Source: Candidatus Poribacteria bacterium (GTDB lineage Bacteria; Poribacteria; WGA-4E; WGA-3G). Taken from it: a stretch of DNA of 64,000 nt. Shown piece after piece: positions 10,769 through 20,757 of the stretch; position 1 is the stretch's first letter; every line of letters starts with the position of its first letter. The translations under genes were made by a program, and so were the position numbers. Location of the stretch: assembly GCA_965205025.1 (NCBI GenBank), contig CBDBFU010000013.1, forward strand, positions 1-64,000, written 5' to 3'. The notes beneath the pieces were generated by a model, which was not told where the DNA came from, ran no database searches, and worked only from the letters and a program-made list of their open reading frames with translations.

Positions 10769-11794
10769 ATGTTAATTCCTGCAATTATTGCAGTATGTAT
10801 ACTTGTATTCCTAATAGTCATTGCTTGGTTAGTACCACTTGGTTTATGGATTACCGCTATTGCAGCAGGTGTGAAGGTAGGTATTTTTGACCTTGTAGCG
10901 ATGCGGTTACGTCGAGTACCACCAACTGGTATTGTAGAACCCCAAATCAATGCAACTAAAGCAGGACTTAGTCTATCACTTGATGATCTTGAAGCACACT
11001 TTCTTGCCGGTGGAAAAGTTGCAAGTGTAGTAGCAGCACTTATTGCCGCTGATAAAGCACAAATTGATCTGGATTTTGCCCAAGCTGCAGCGATTGATTT
11101 AGCTGGCAGAGATGTGTTAAATGCTGTTCAGGTGAGTGTTACACCTGAAATAATAGATATTCCAAATCAAGATGAACCTGTCAAAGGAATTACTGCTGTT
11201 GCTCGTGATGGAATCCAATTGATTGTTAAAGCACGTGTAACTGTCAGAGCAAATATTGATCGTCTGGTAGGGGGTGCTACCGAAGATACCATACGAGCAA
11301 GAGTGGGTGAAGGGATCATAACTACAATTGGGTCTTCTTCTAATCATAAACAGGTGCTCGAAAATCCGGTACGGATTTCAGAAACAGTTCTTGAGAAAGG
11401 TCTTGAAGCAGGAACAGCTTTTGAAATTCTATCTATTGATATTGCAGACATAAATGTTGGTGAGAATGTAGGTGCAAAATTACAGACAGATCAAGCAGAG
11501 GCTGAACTCAAAATCGCCCGAGCAAAAGCTGAGGAACAACGGGCACGTGCTGAAGCTGAAGAGGAAGAGAATAAAGCTCTTGTTGAGGAAATGACAGTAA
11601 AATTGATCGAAGCTGAAGCTGAAATTCCTTTGTCTATCTCAGATGCCTTTAATTCAACACGAATGAGTGTGATGGATTATTATACACTCAAGAATATCCT
11701 TGCTGATACTGAAATGCGACAATCAATAGCATCACCTGGTGGTACGGAAGATGGGGATACCACACGGTCAACTCATTCACTTGGTTTAACGTAG
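10769..11794 (+). CDS. floA: Flotillin-like protein FloA (YqfA/UPF0365), copy 2
   Basis: Same motifs plus the conserved [15 protein letters not shown] tail. Confidence 0.93.
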   Translation: MLIPAIIAVCILVFLIVIAWLVPLGLWITAIAAGVKVGIFDLVAMRLRRVPPTGIVEPQINATKAGLSLSLDDLEAHFLAGGKVASVVAALIAADKAQIDLDFAQAAAIDLAGRDVLNAVQVSVTPEIIDIPNQDEPVKGITAVARDGIQLIVKARVTVRANIDRLVGGATEDTIRARVGEGIITTIGSSSNHKQVLENPVRISETVLEKGLEAGTAFEILSIDIADINVGENVGAKLQTDQAEAELKIARAKAEEQRARAEAEEEENKALVEEMTVKLIEAEAEIPLSISDAFNSTRMSVMDYYTLKNILADTEMRQSIASPGGTEDGDTTRSTHSLGLT

Positions 11795-11814
11795 AATATG
11801 ATAGGGAGTAAAAT

Positions 11815-12240
11815 ATGGATTTTGATCAATTAATACCATTAATTGTAATAGTCCTTGGACTCATCTTTAGTATATTCCGACGAAAAAGACAATCTGAACA
11901 AGCGACAGAAACAGCCGATGAAGCTGATGTTAATCCACAGGAGGAATTTGGGATTCCTCCTTTCTTGGAAATTGAAGAACCAGCTGAAGAGCAGATGGTC
12001 TTAGAGGAGGAATCTGTTCCTGTGATGGCTGAAGAAGCTGAACCTGTTGTTGAAACACCTCCAGAACCCATGGAAACTGAACCACCCCCTATTCCACCCG
12101 AGTTAAGGGGGAAACCACCTACAGGAATAAGACAATTTCCAACGACTTCATTAATTGATGTTTCACCAGAAACATTTCGACAAGGTATTATATTATCGGA
12201 AATACTTGGAAGACCAATAACACTTCGTAGAAGAAGATAA
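11815..12240 (+). CDS. YqfB-like membrane-anchored acidic/Pro-rich protein
   Basis: N-terminal TM, E/P-rich linker and C-terminal RQGIILSEILGRP motif typical of genes downstream of floA. Confidence 0.75.
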   Translation: MDFDQLIPLIVIVLGLIFSIFRRKRQSEQATETADEADVNPQEEFGIPPFLEIEEPAEEQMVLEEESVPVMAEEAEPVVETPPEPMETEPPPIPPELRGKPPTGIRQFPTTSLIDVSPETFRQGIILSEILGRPITLRRRR

Positions 12241-12275
12241 TCTGCATAGATTGTCATCAATTTGGAATTAAGACG

Positions 12276-12512
12276 ATGATTTGGAAAGCACTTATTGCCC
12301 CTTTAATATTTTTAATATTTATAGGTATCATAATTTATAGAAGTAAGAGAGATTTAGAAGATATTCTAATCCAAAAAAAGCAGAATTCAAAGGACGAATG
12401 TCCAAAATGTAAATCCACCAAGTTATCTAATTCTTCAAAGGAATACCAGTCAATTGAATATATTCCTGTGCAAGATATTGAAGAAGATGACGACTTGGTA
12501 GATAAATCTTAG
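12276..12512 (+). CDS. Small membrane protein with CxxC
   Basis: N-terminal TM helix, CPKC and acidic tail. Follows the operon on the same strand. Confidence 0.45.
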   Translation: MIWKALIAPLIFLIFIGIIIYRSKRDLEDILIQKKQNSKDECPKCKSTKLSNSSKEYQSIEYIPVQDIEEDDDLVDKS

Positions 12513-12660
12513 TCTGATTACACCTATATTTGAATAAATCATTGTTCCATTTCAATTTCTTTAATACTGAATCAGATTAAGTATTATAACAATTACAAAT
12601 TTAAATCTCTCTTACATTATATTCTCAAATTTCATTCCATAACCGTAAAAAGTATATATA

Positions 12661-14796
12661 ATGTCCCGCCATTTAATACTGTTTATACTACCTCTACTCA
12701 TATTCTCTTTTTCTGATTGCAACCAAAATAAGAATATCAAATCAAATGAAAACCAGAAGTTTGTAATTCCATCTTATGCACGTCATATGAAGGGTTTAAA
12801 AATATGTCTCGACCCTGGGCATGGTGGACAAGGACATATCCCAGATTACAAACGCGGTCCAACCGGACTTCGTGAAGCAGTGATTAATCTTAAGGTTGCT
12901 AACCACCTGAGTGAATTTCTTGAAGGAGTTGGTGTCGAAGTTCTCATGACGCGTACTGAGGATTCTTATATCAGTCTTGCTGATCGAAGCCAAATTTCTA
13001 ATGATAATGATGCTGATCTCTTTATTTCATTACATCACAATGGAATAGATAATCCCGATACAAACTATACTTCTACTTGGTATCATGGGGATGCAGATGA
13101 ATCCAGATCAAGTTTAGATCTTGCAAGGTATATACAGCAAGGAGTCTCTGATGCACTTCAATTACCCAAAACACCATCAACAGGATTATACTCGGATAAG
13201 CTCTTAGTTGCATCAGGTTTCGGTGTTCTTCGTTTAACAAAATGTACTGCTGTTGTTTGTGAAGCATCATTTTATACAAATCCTGAGGAAGAGGAAAGAT
13301 TAAAGAATGATAATTACCTAAAAAAGGAAGCATACGGGTATTTTTTAGGTATTGCCAGATATGCTGAGGCAGGTTTTCCCAAAGGAGTTCTTATCACACC
13401 AGAACACAATTCTGTTATAGAATCCAAGACTCCCACCATAAAGATTAGTGTGAAAGATGGTATACATGAACGGGGTGCATGGATGTTAAAACGTCAACAA
13501 ATATATTCTAATTCAATCCAAGTTAGAGTAGATAATAACACTCATCCTTTTAAGTACGATCCAGAAACCGATATTATTAGTGTAAACATTAAAAACAAGC
13601 TATCGAATGGAATTCATTTAATACAAACAGATCTTGTAAATTACTATGGTAATCACAGTTTACCTAAACCACAACAGTTCAAAGTTGCCCCACCTGCGCA
13701 TAAAATGCTACTTAATGCATGGACAGACAATCTACCCTACGATGGTAAAAGTTATGTTGGAATTACAGTAATGGCAACAGATGCAGATGGATTACCCATT
13801 GCCGATGATGAAGTAATATATGCTACTACTACTCTTGGTACGTTCATTGAATCTGAAGACAATTCAATGAATGGTGAATCTATTTTTTATTTACAATCAC
13901 CAATAGAAAAAGGCACAGCAATTGTGGATGTTGTATATAGAGAAACAAAAGAGTCTATAAGAATTAACTTTACTAATCAAGATGAGACAATAATACAGGG
14001 ACAAGTAAATAATGGAGATACTGGAAGTCCCATACCCAATGCAAAGGTTGTGATATCTACAGAAATCAATACAAACACAGATAGAAATGGACATTACTTT
14101 ATTCATAAAGGTATTCCTAAAGAGCAATCAAACAGCGTAATAATTGAAATATTTGAACAAAGATATTATCCATTTTCACATGAATTAGAATTACATTCAA
14201 ATCAATCGACAATTCACAATGCAGCTCTATATGCAATTGCAGATGGTGTTTTTTTTAACACCACAATTGTTCTTGATTCACATTCAAATGAACCAAGAAC
14301 ACACAAATTGATCGACAGATTACAAAAGTTATTAGAATTTGCTGGTGCTAAAATCCATGCAATACACTTAGATACTATCAATCTAAATATTGAAGATAGA
14401 ATTAAATATATTAATGATATTAATGATGAAGGATATTATCTACAAATTAGACATAAGCCAATAGAGAATGGTGAACCAACAGTGGCTGCAGCACATAATC
14501 GAGGAAACCGTGGAACAGAGATGTTTCAAAAGAGTATTTTAGAACAATTTAATCAAGACCTTTTTGAAACATCGACAGACACTATTCAAGATAGAGTTAC
14601 TCCAGTAATACAACAGACCAACAAAATGGCAATGACACTTGAAATAGGGACATTGAAATATCTGGAATCAACACATTTGAGTGAGAGCCTGGTTATATTT
14701 AAGGGATTGTGGAAGTATCTTTCTGATTCTACCGAAATAGATAAAGAAAAATTGAATAGATTTATGTCCTATTTTATGGATTTACAGGACATGTAA
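12661..14796 (+). CDS. N-acetylmuramoyl-L-alanine amidase (Amidase_3) with Ig-like/carboxypeptidase-regulatory domains and a degenerate second amidase-like domain
   Basis: Signal/lipoprotein-like N-terminus. ICLDPGHGG, REAVINL, FISLHHN and VCEASF zinc motifs. Confidence 0.88.
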   Translation: MSRHLILFILPLLIFSFSDCNQNKNIKSNENQKFVIPSYARHMKGLKICLDPGHGGQGHIPDYKRGPTGLREAVINLKVANHLSEFLEGVGVEVLMTRTEDSYISLADRSQISNDNDADLFISLHHNGIDNPDTNYTSTWYHGDADESRSSLDLARYIQQGVSDALQLPKTPSTGLYSDKLLVASGFGVLRLTKCTAVVCEASFYTNPEEEERLKNDNYLKKEAYGYFLGIARYAEAGFPKGVLITPEHNSVIESKTPTIKISVKDGIHERGAWMLKRQQIYSNSIQVRVDNNTHPFKYDPETDIISVNIKNKLSNGIHLIQTDLVNYYGNHSLPKPQQFKVAPPAHKMLLNAWTDNLPYDGKSYVGITVMATDADGLPIADDEVIYATTTLGTFIESEDNSMNGESIFYLQSPIEKGTAIVDVVYRETKESIRINFTNQDETIIQGQVNNGDTGSPIPNAKVVISTEINTNTDRNGHYFIHKGIPKEQSNSVIIEIFEQRYYPFSHELELHSNQSTIHNAALYAIADGVFFNTTIVLDSHSNEPRTHKLIDRLQKLLEFAGAKIHAIHLDTINLNIEDRIKYINDINDEGYYLQIRHKPIENGEPTVAAAHNRGNRGTEMFQKSILEQFNQDLFETSTDTIQDRVTPVIQQTNKMAMTLEIGTLKYLESTHLSESLVIFKGLWKYLSDSTEIDKEKLNRFMSYFMDLQDM

Positions 14797-14797
14797 A

Positions 14798-15802
14798 ATG
14801 AGAATTTTTACCAAAATTACAAAACTACATCTACAACATCCCTTTAAAATTGCCCGTCGTACAACAGATTCATTTCGAGAAGTGATTTCAGTTGAGATTG
14901 ATGGTGGGGTAGGAGAAACGTCCCCAGCAAAGTTTTATGGTGAAACAGTACAAACTGTTGAAAAGGTAATACATGGATTATCTGGATATCTTGATGGAGA
15001 TTTAGATGCTATTCAGGATGTGATGAACCAAATTGAAGAATCTATAACTGGCAATTTTGCTGGAAAATCTGCAATAGATATAGCACTTCATGATAGATTG
15101 GGAAAAAAACTGGGAATTCCTCTATATAAGTTATGGGGATTAAATCCTGAGAAAACACCAATAACATCATTTACTATCGGACTTGACGAACCTGATATAA
15201 TGGCAGAAAAAGCCTACTTAGCAGAAGAATATCCAATTTTGAAAGTAAAACTTGGTAATGATAACGACTTTGATATACTTACAAACATCAGAAAGATCAC
15301 AAACAAACCAATTTATGTGGATGCAAATACTGCTTGGAATCCACAGGAAGCAGTTGAGAATATAAACCGATTATCTGATTTTGGAGTGGAATTAGTTGAA
15401 CAACCTACAAAAGCAGACGATATAGACGGCTTAAAATATATCCGAGATAATTCTGAGTTGCCAATTATCGCAGATGAAAGTGTCAAACGTGCTGAAGATA
15501 TACCCATTATTGCAGATGCTGTTGATGGAATCAACATCAAACTTGTTAAGTGTGGAGGATTACTTGAAGCAATAAGGATGATCCATGTTGCACGTGTATA
15601 TGGACTCCTTGTTATGATAGGGTGCATGATTGAGTCATCTATTGGTATAACGGCAGCAGCACATTTAACACCAATGGTGGATTATGCTGACTTAGATGGT
15701 AATCTGTTAATAAAGAATGATCCTTACACTGGTGTAACACTACAAAATGGGAAATTAATACTTCCAAATTGTCCTGGAATCGGAATCGCACCAGTTGAAT
15801 AA
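14798..15802 (+). CDS. L-Ala-D/L-Glu dipeptide epimerase (enolase superfamily)
   Basis: PFKIAR, LKVKLG, VDAN, VEQP, ADES, NIKLVKCGG, GCMIES, DLDG. Confidence 0.92.
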   Translation: MRIFTKITKLHLQHPFKIARRTTDSFREVISVEIDGGVGETSPAKFYGETVQTVEKVIHGLSGYLDGDLDAIQDVMNQIEESITGNFAGKSAIDIALHDRLGKKLGIPLYKLWGLNPEKTPITSFTIGLDEPDIMAEKAYLAEEYPILKVKLGNDNDFDILTNIRKITNKPIYVDANTAWNPQEAVENINRLSDFGVELVEQPTKADDIDGLKYIRDNSELPIIADESVKRAEDIPIIADAVDGINIKLVKCGGLLEAIRMIHVARVYGLLVMIGCMIESSIGITAAAHLTPMVDYADLDGNLLIKNDPYTGVTLQNGKLILPNCPGIGIAPVE

Positions 15803-15844
15803 TAGGATCTAAATTTGTTAGTAAGTCATGTTAATGGAGAAAAA

Positions 15845-16558
15845 ATGGAAAATAAAAATCGAAATATACTCATTACAGGTGGAACTGGTATATTAGGGAG
15901 TTCTGTAACCAAGACATTTCTCACACAAAGAGATAACGTTGCTGTTACATACCTATTTGATACGGAAGTAGATCGATTCAAAGAGTATAATCCAGAACTA
16001 TACGAGAATGTCACCTTCTTATATGCCGATGTAACTAAACAGGATGATGTACAAAAGACAATTGACACCTTACTTACAAAATTCAACCAATTAGATATCT
16101 TGGTAAATATTGTGGGAGGGTTTGTTGGAGGTATTACAACCACAGAACTCGAGGAAGACAAGTGGGATTTCATGATGAACTTGAATCTAAAATCTGTTTT
16201 TCTCTGTTGTAAGACTGTCATACCCCATATGACAGAACGTGGTTCAGGTAAAATTATAAATGTCTCTGCAAGAGCAGGACTAAAAGGTGAAGCCGGTATG
16301 AGTGCGTATTGTGTATCTAAAGGTGGGGTTCGTACTCTGACCGAATCATTAGCTGCAGAAGTGATGGATTCTGGAATCAATGTTAATTGTATTATGCCAA
16401 GTATTATGGATACACCAATGAATCGAGAAGCAATGCCAGATGAAGACCATACAAGATGGGTAAAAACAGATGAGGTTGCCGATGTAATTTCCTTTCTGAC
16501 TTCTGATGCTGCAGGAATCATAAATGGTGCTGCTATACCTGTGTATGGTAGAGCATAA
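15845..16558 (+). CDS. SDR family oxidoreductase
   Basis: ITGGTGILG and YCVSK motifs. ATG at 15845 follows GGAG. Confidence 0.9.
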   Translation: MENKNRNILITGGTGILGSSVTKTFLTQRDNVAVTYLFDTEVDRFKEYNPELYENVTFLYADVTKQDDVQKTIDTLLTKFNQLDILVNIVGGFVGGITTTELEEDKWDFMMNLNLKSVFLCCKTVIPHMTERGSGKIINVSARAGLKGEAGMSAYCVSKGGVRTLTESLAAEVMDSGINVNCIMPSIMDTPMNREAMPDEDHTRWVKTDEVADVISFLTSDAAGIINGAAIPVYGRA

Positions 16559-16657
16559 AATTATTAAATATACACAATTAAATCTTAAAACCTACTTTGT
16601 CGTTCATTGATGAGTAGGTATTCTCATTTAAATTATCTCTTTCACAATTTATTAGAT

Positions 16658-16696
16658 TGCCAAAAAAATAAGTTGATTCTGCCTAAAAAATAGGCA
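16658..16696. promoter_or_regulatory. Putative NtrC-like enhancer-binding-protein sites (tandem)
   Basis: TGCCTAAAAAATAGGCA, a 17-bp dyad at 16680-16696, plus a degenerate TGCCAAAAAAATAAGTT at 16658-16674 (22 bp apart), upstream of a sigma54 motif. Confidence 0.6.
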
Positions 16697-16769
16697 CTTT
16701 ATTTTATTAATGTTGAAACTATAATAAATAAACCTATATTTTGACTGTAATTATATGTACTAAAATTAC

Positions 16770-16786
16770 TTGGCATTAAAATTGCT
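16770..16786 (+). promoter_or_regulatory. sigma54 (-24/-12) promoter
   Basis: TTGGCATTAAAATTGCT: GG-N10-GC with TGGCA/TTGC consensus, ~80 bp upstream of the ANTAR regulator. Confidence 0.8.
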
Positions 16787-16863
16787 ATACAATTTGTAGT
16801 TGTAGATTCCAGTTATTAGTTAATAGTTGTCTCAAATTGGTTTTGAAAGGTTGACTTATTAGG

Positions 16864-17475
16864 ATGGAAACGGTCGCTAAAAAGCAGAGCGTTTTAATTA
16901 TTGATAACGATACAGAGAGAATTCAACAGATTAATCAACTGTTGAATCCCGAACGTTTTCCTGTAGTTGCAACAGTCAATATTGAATCCAACCTACAAGA
17001 TGTTCTTTTGAGAGAAAATCCGGATATTATACTTATAGGTGTAGAGACACCAGATGAAAATACAATTGCAATTGTAGATACTATAAGTAGTAATTTTCCT
17101 CGACCAATTGTAATGTTTGCTAAGGATGAACGTTCTGAAACAATTCGAAAAGTAACCCGCGCAGGTGTTTCTGCCTATGCTGTGGGTAGCCTTAGTAAAG
17201 AACGTATGGTTACAATAATAAAGGCAGCCGTTGCTCGGTTTTCAGAATTCCAGGCACTATTACAAGAACTTGAAAAAACTAAAACCACACTTGAAGAAAG
17301 AAAAACAATTGAACGTGCTAAGGAAATTGTCGCACAACAGAGAGGAACATCTGAAGCCGATGCTTACAAAGTTATGCGTAAAATGGCTATGGATCAAAGA
17401 AAACGACTTGCAGAAATAGCTAAGGAGATAATCTCAATTGCTGAGGTATTTACAAATAAGAAATTTCAGCAATAA
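16864..17475 (+). CDS. nasT: NasT-like ANTAR-domain antitermination regulator (receiver-like + coiled coil + ANTAR)
   Basis: PRPIVMF, AGVSAY, LEERKTIERAK...SEADAYKVMRKMAMDQRKRLAEIA. Lies upstream of nitrate genes. Confidence 0.9.
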   Translation: METVAKKQSVLIIDNDTERIQQINQLLNPERFPVVATVNIESNLQDVLLRENPDIILIGVETPDENTIAIVDTISSNFPRPIVMFAKDERSETIRKVTRAGVSAYAVGSLSKERMVTIIKAAVARFSEFQALLQELEKTKTTLEERKTIERAKEIVAQQRGTSEADAYKVMRKMAMDQRKRLAEIAKEIISIAEVFTNKKFQQ

Positions 17476-17559
17476 TAACTACATATACCATAATCTTCAA
17501 TAGAGATGAATTCATTCAACGTTGAATGAGTAATATCTAAATTATAATAGTAATATTTT

Positions 17560-17638
17560 CAGCCAAGGTTGGCTGTATCTGGACACAGGTGTCTATAAGA
17601 TAAACGGCATTGTTTATCTATGGATGCCTTTTTTGTTT
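17560..17638 (+). promoter_or_regulatory. ANTAR-binding dual-hexaloop RNA leader overlapping an intrinsic terminator
   Basis: P1 CAGCC-AAGGTT-GGCTG (17560-75) and P2 GGAC-ACAGGT-GTCT (17581-94), both with A1/G4 loops. The terminator hairpin 17587-17629 plus T-tract sequesters P2. An extra hairpin TTCATTC-AACGTT-GAATGAG lies at 17511-30. Confidence 0.85.
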
Positions 17639-17692
17639 AATAACATGTATTTTTAGATTTAGGCAAATTACAAACCCAAAGAGGAGTTGTAT

Positions 17693-19246
17693 ATGAGTGA
17701 ATTGGTTATGAAGAAACCGAAATTGAGCAGTAAGAATAGAGTTGGTAAAGGAAAAGTAAAAATCCATCCTGCTGAATTACTAAAAAAGAAGAAAAATGGT
17801 CTTGATGTTGTTGATGATATACCTTACTTCATACAAAATGGATGGGAATCTATACCTACCGAAGAACGGGATAGGCTTAAGTATGTAGGTGTCTTTTATC
17901 GTAAACAAACACCGGGGGCTTTTATGATGCGTCTTCGAATGACCAGTGGTAGGAGTAATTCTAAACAGTTTCGTGTAATTGCAAAAATCAGTGAATTACA
18001 CGGTCCAGGATATGTTGATCTGACCACTCGTCAACAAATTCAGCTTCGTGGTTTTACAATAGAGAATGTACAGACCATCTGGGATGAACTTGAAGAAGTC
18101 GGATTAAATTCAATGCAAACTGGTTTTGATAATATACGAGGCGTGACAGGATGTCCAGTTGCTGGATTGACACCAAATGAACTTTTTGATGCATCTAAAA
18201 TTGCACAGAAATATACAGAAATCATCGTTGGTAATAAGGATTTTACTGATTTACCAAGAAAGTTTAATGTAGGAATCACTGGCTGTCTTGACAATTGTAC
18301 ACATGCATCTTCTCAGGATATCGCTTTGATCCCGGCAATGAAGGAAATTGATGGAATAGAAGAAAAAGGATTTAATATTCTGGTTGGAGGAAAGATGGGA
18401 TCAGGAGGTTTCACCCCCGGTATAGACCTTGATGCTTTTGTTTTACCTAAACACGCAGCAAAATTGTGTGCTGAAATAACTATGATATTCCGGGATTACG
18501 GTTCACGGAGTATCAGAAATAAATCCCGTTTTGCTTTTCTTATATTGGAATGGGGTATTGACAAATTTAGAAAAGAATTAGAGACACGTTACGGAATGCC
18601 ACTTCATAATTCGGGTAAAGATATGAGAAAAAAGAGTAAAACTGACCATACTGGAATCTATGCACAGAAACAGAAAGGTCTAAACTATGTGGGAATTGTT
18701 GTACCCGTGGGTAGAATCACAACAGCACAACTTTTTGATGTCGCTCGAATAGCTGATGAATACGGCTCAGGTGATATCAGATTAACACAAGGTCAGAATA
18801 TTATTATTCCGAATGTTCCAGATGAGAAAATCGGTGATTTAACATCTGAAAACCTATTACAAGAGTTGAGATATGATCCAACTGAAATTAATCGTGGCAT
18901 GGTAAGCTGCACTGGTATGGATTACTGTCACTTCTCTCTTATTGAAACAAAAGAACGTGCAATGGAGGCAATCAAACATTTAGAGTCAAAATTGGATAAT
19001 GTTGAACCTTTGACAATACATTGGTCTGGCTGTCCAAATGGATGTGGCAACCATATGGCAGCTGATATTGGTTTACTTGGTAAAAAAACAAAAATCAACG
19101 GTGTGATAACGGATGCAGTGGATGTGTTTTTAAAAGGTGATTCTGGACCTAATCCTAAGACACCACCCAAACTATTAGAAAATGTACCATGTGACGATCT
19201 ACCTAATGTATTAGAAGGACTTATTCCCTATCTATCCCGGAGATGA
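17693..19246 (+). CDS. nirA: Ferredoxin-nitrite reductase (siroheme/4Fe-4S)
   Basis: TTRQQIQLRG, DLPRKFNVGITG, SCTGMDYC and HWSGCPNGCG ligands. Confidence 0.92.
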   Translation: MSELVMKKPKLSSKNRVGKGKVKIHPAELLKKKKNGLDVVDDIPYFIQNGWESIPTEERDRLKYVGVFYRKQTPGAFMMRLRMTSGRSNSKQFRVIAKISELHGPGYVDLTTRQQIQLRGFTIENVQTIWDELEEVGLNSMQTGFDNIRGVTGCPVAGLTPNELFDASKIAQKYTEIIVGNKDFTDLPRKFNVGITGCLDNCTHASSQDIALIPAMKEIDGIEEKGFNILVGGKMGSGGFTPGIDLDAFVLPKHAAKLCAEITMIFRDYGSRSIRNKSRFAFLILEWGIDKFRKELETRYGMPLHNSGKDMRKKSKTDHTGIYAQKQKGLNYVGIVVPVGRITTAQLFDVARIADEYGSGDIRLTQGQNIIIPNVPDEKIGDLTSENLLQELRYDPTEINRGMVSCTGMDYCHFSLIETKERAMEAIKHLESKLDNVEPLTIHWSGCPNGCGNHMAADIGLLGKKTKINGVITDAVDVFLKGDSGPNPKTPPKLLENVPCDDLPNVLEGLIPYLSRR

Positions 19247-19331
19247 TAACTCAAGACTTCTATATTTCTGATAATCATAAAGATATACGGAATAGATAAC
19301 TACAGCAACCCACAAATATTGGTAAAAAAGA

Positions 19332-20693
19332 ATGAATTTAGAAGATAAAAATCACAAAGCAACTGAAATCAAACTCTTTAGTATTAAATCAATTCAAATG
19401 CGTACGTTCCATATGACATGGTTTGCATTTTTCCTTGCATTTTTTGGATGGTTTGGGATTGCACCTCTAATGGCAATTGTACGTGAGGATCTCATGCTTA
19501 CACAAGCACAAATCGGTAATACGATTATCGCATCGGTGGCTATAACAGTTTTAGTACGAATGTTAATCGGTCCCCTATGTGATCGTATCGGTCCACGAAG
19601 GGTGTATACATGGTTACTTATTCTTGGATCTTTACCTGTAATGGGAATAGGTTTATCTCACAATTACACAACCTTTCTCATTTTTAGACTTGCAATTGGT
19701 GCAATCGGAGCATCATTTGTAATAACACAACATCATACATCAATGATGTTTGCACCAAATTGTATAGGTACAGCGAATGCAACTACAGCGGGTTGGGGGA
19801 ACATGGGTGGTGGAGTAACCCAAATGGTAATGCCATTGATATTTACTGCATTCCTCTTAATGGGTGCGGATAAATATATTGGGTGGAGATTGGCAATGAT
19901 AGTTCCAGGTATTGCATTATTTTTTACTGGATTTGCTTACTATTATCTTACTAAAGATACCCCATCTGGTAATTACTCTGATATTCATACAGATGACGAC
20001 AAGAAACAGTCCAAATCCAATAGTCTCACTACCTATATACAAGTAATCAAAGATTATCGTGTTTGGGCACTTTTTGTCATATATGCTGCCTGCTTTGGTG
20101 TGGAACTTACCATTAATAATATCGCAGCGTTATATTATAGAGATCATTTCCAATTAACATTGGGATCTGCAGGAATCATAGCTGGATTATTTGGTACAAT
20201 GAATATCTTTGCTCGCTCAATTGGAGGAGTCTTTTCTGATTATTCAGCAAAGAACTATGGACTCCGTGGACGAGTAATATTTCTATTCATCGTTCTATTA
20301 GGTGAAGGTGTGATGCTAATGGTTTTTTCACAGATGCAAGTATTGATCTTTGCTGTTGGAACAATGATTCTATTCAGTTTATTTGTACAAATGTCAGAAG
20401 GCGCTACATTTGGAATTGTTCCATTTATTAATAAAAAGGCGTTAGGTACGGTGGCAGGAATTGTTGGGGCAGGTGGCAATGCAGGTGCGGTGGCAGCAGG
20501 TTTTCTGTTTAGATCTGAAAGTATTTCCACATCCCAAGCATTACTTTTTCTAAGTGTGATAGTTATTGTTGCATCTTTTGCTACATTATTAATTCGTTTC
20601 TCACCCGCAACACAAAATGCAGAAAAAGAAGCGTTTGAGGCAGCATTAACAGAGAGACGATTAAAAGAGCAGACAGGAAATATATCATCTTAA
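19332..20693 (+). CDS. NarK/NRT2-type MFS nitrate/nitrite transporter
   Basis: MRTFHMTWFAFF, nitrate signature GTANATTAGWGNMGGG, FGVELT, ARSIGG. Confidence 0.93.
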   Translation: MNLEDKNHKATEIKLFSIKSIQMRTFHMTWFAFFLAFFGWFGIAPLMAIVREDLMLTQAQIGNTIIASVAITVLVRMLIGPLCDRIGPRRVYTWLLILGSLPVMGIGLSHNYTTFLIFRLAIGAIGASFVITQHHTSMMFAPNCIGTANATTAGWGNMGGGVTQMVMPLIFTAFLLMGADKYIGWRLAMIVPGIALFFTGFAYYYLTKDTPSGNYSDIHTDDDKKQSKSNSLTTYIQVIKDYRVWALFVIYAACFGVELTINNIAALYYRDHFQLTLGSAGIIAGLFGTMNIFARSIGGVFSDYSAKNYGLRGRVIFLFIVLLGEGVMLMVFSQMQVLIFAVGTMILFSLFVQMSEGATFGIVPFINKKALGTVAGIVGAGGNAGAVAAGFLFRSESISTSQALLFLSVIVIVASFATLLIRFSPATQNAEKEAFEAALTERRLKEQTGNISS

Positions 20694-20757
20694 CTCTAAT
20701 GAATCGATCTGTTCCAATACTCTATCTGAGATAGTATGAAATTGAATTATAAAGTAA

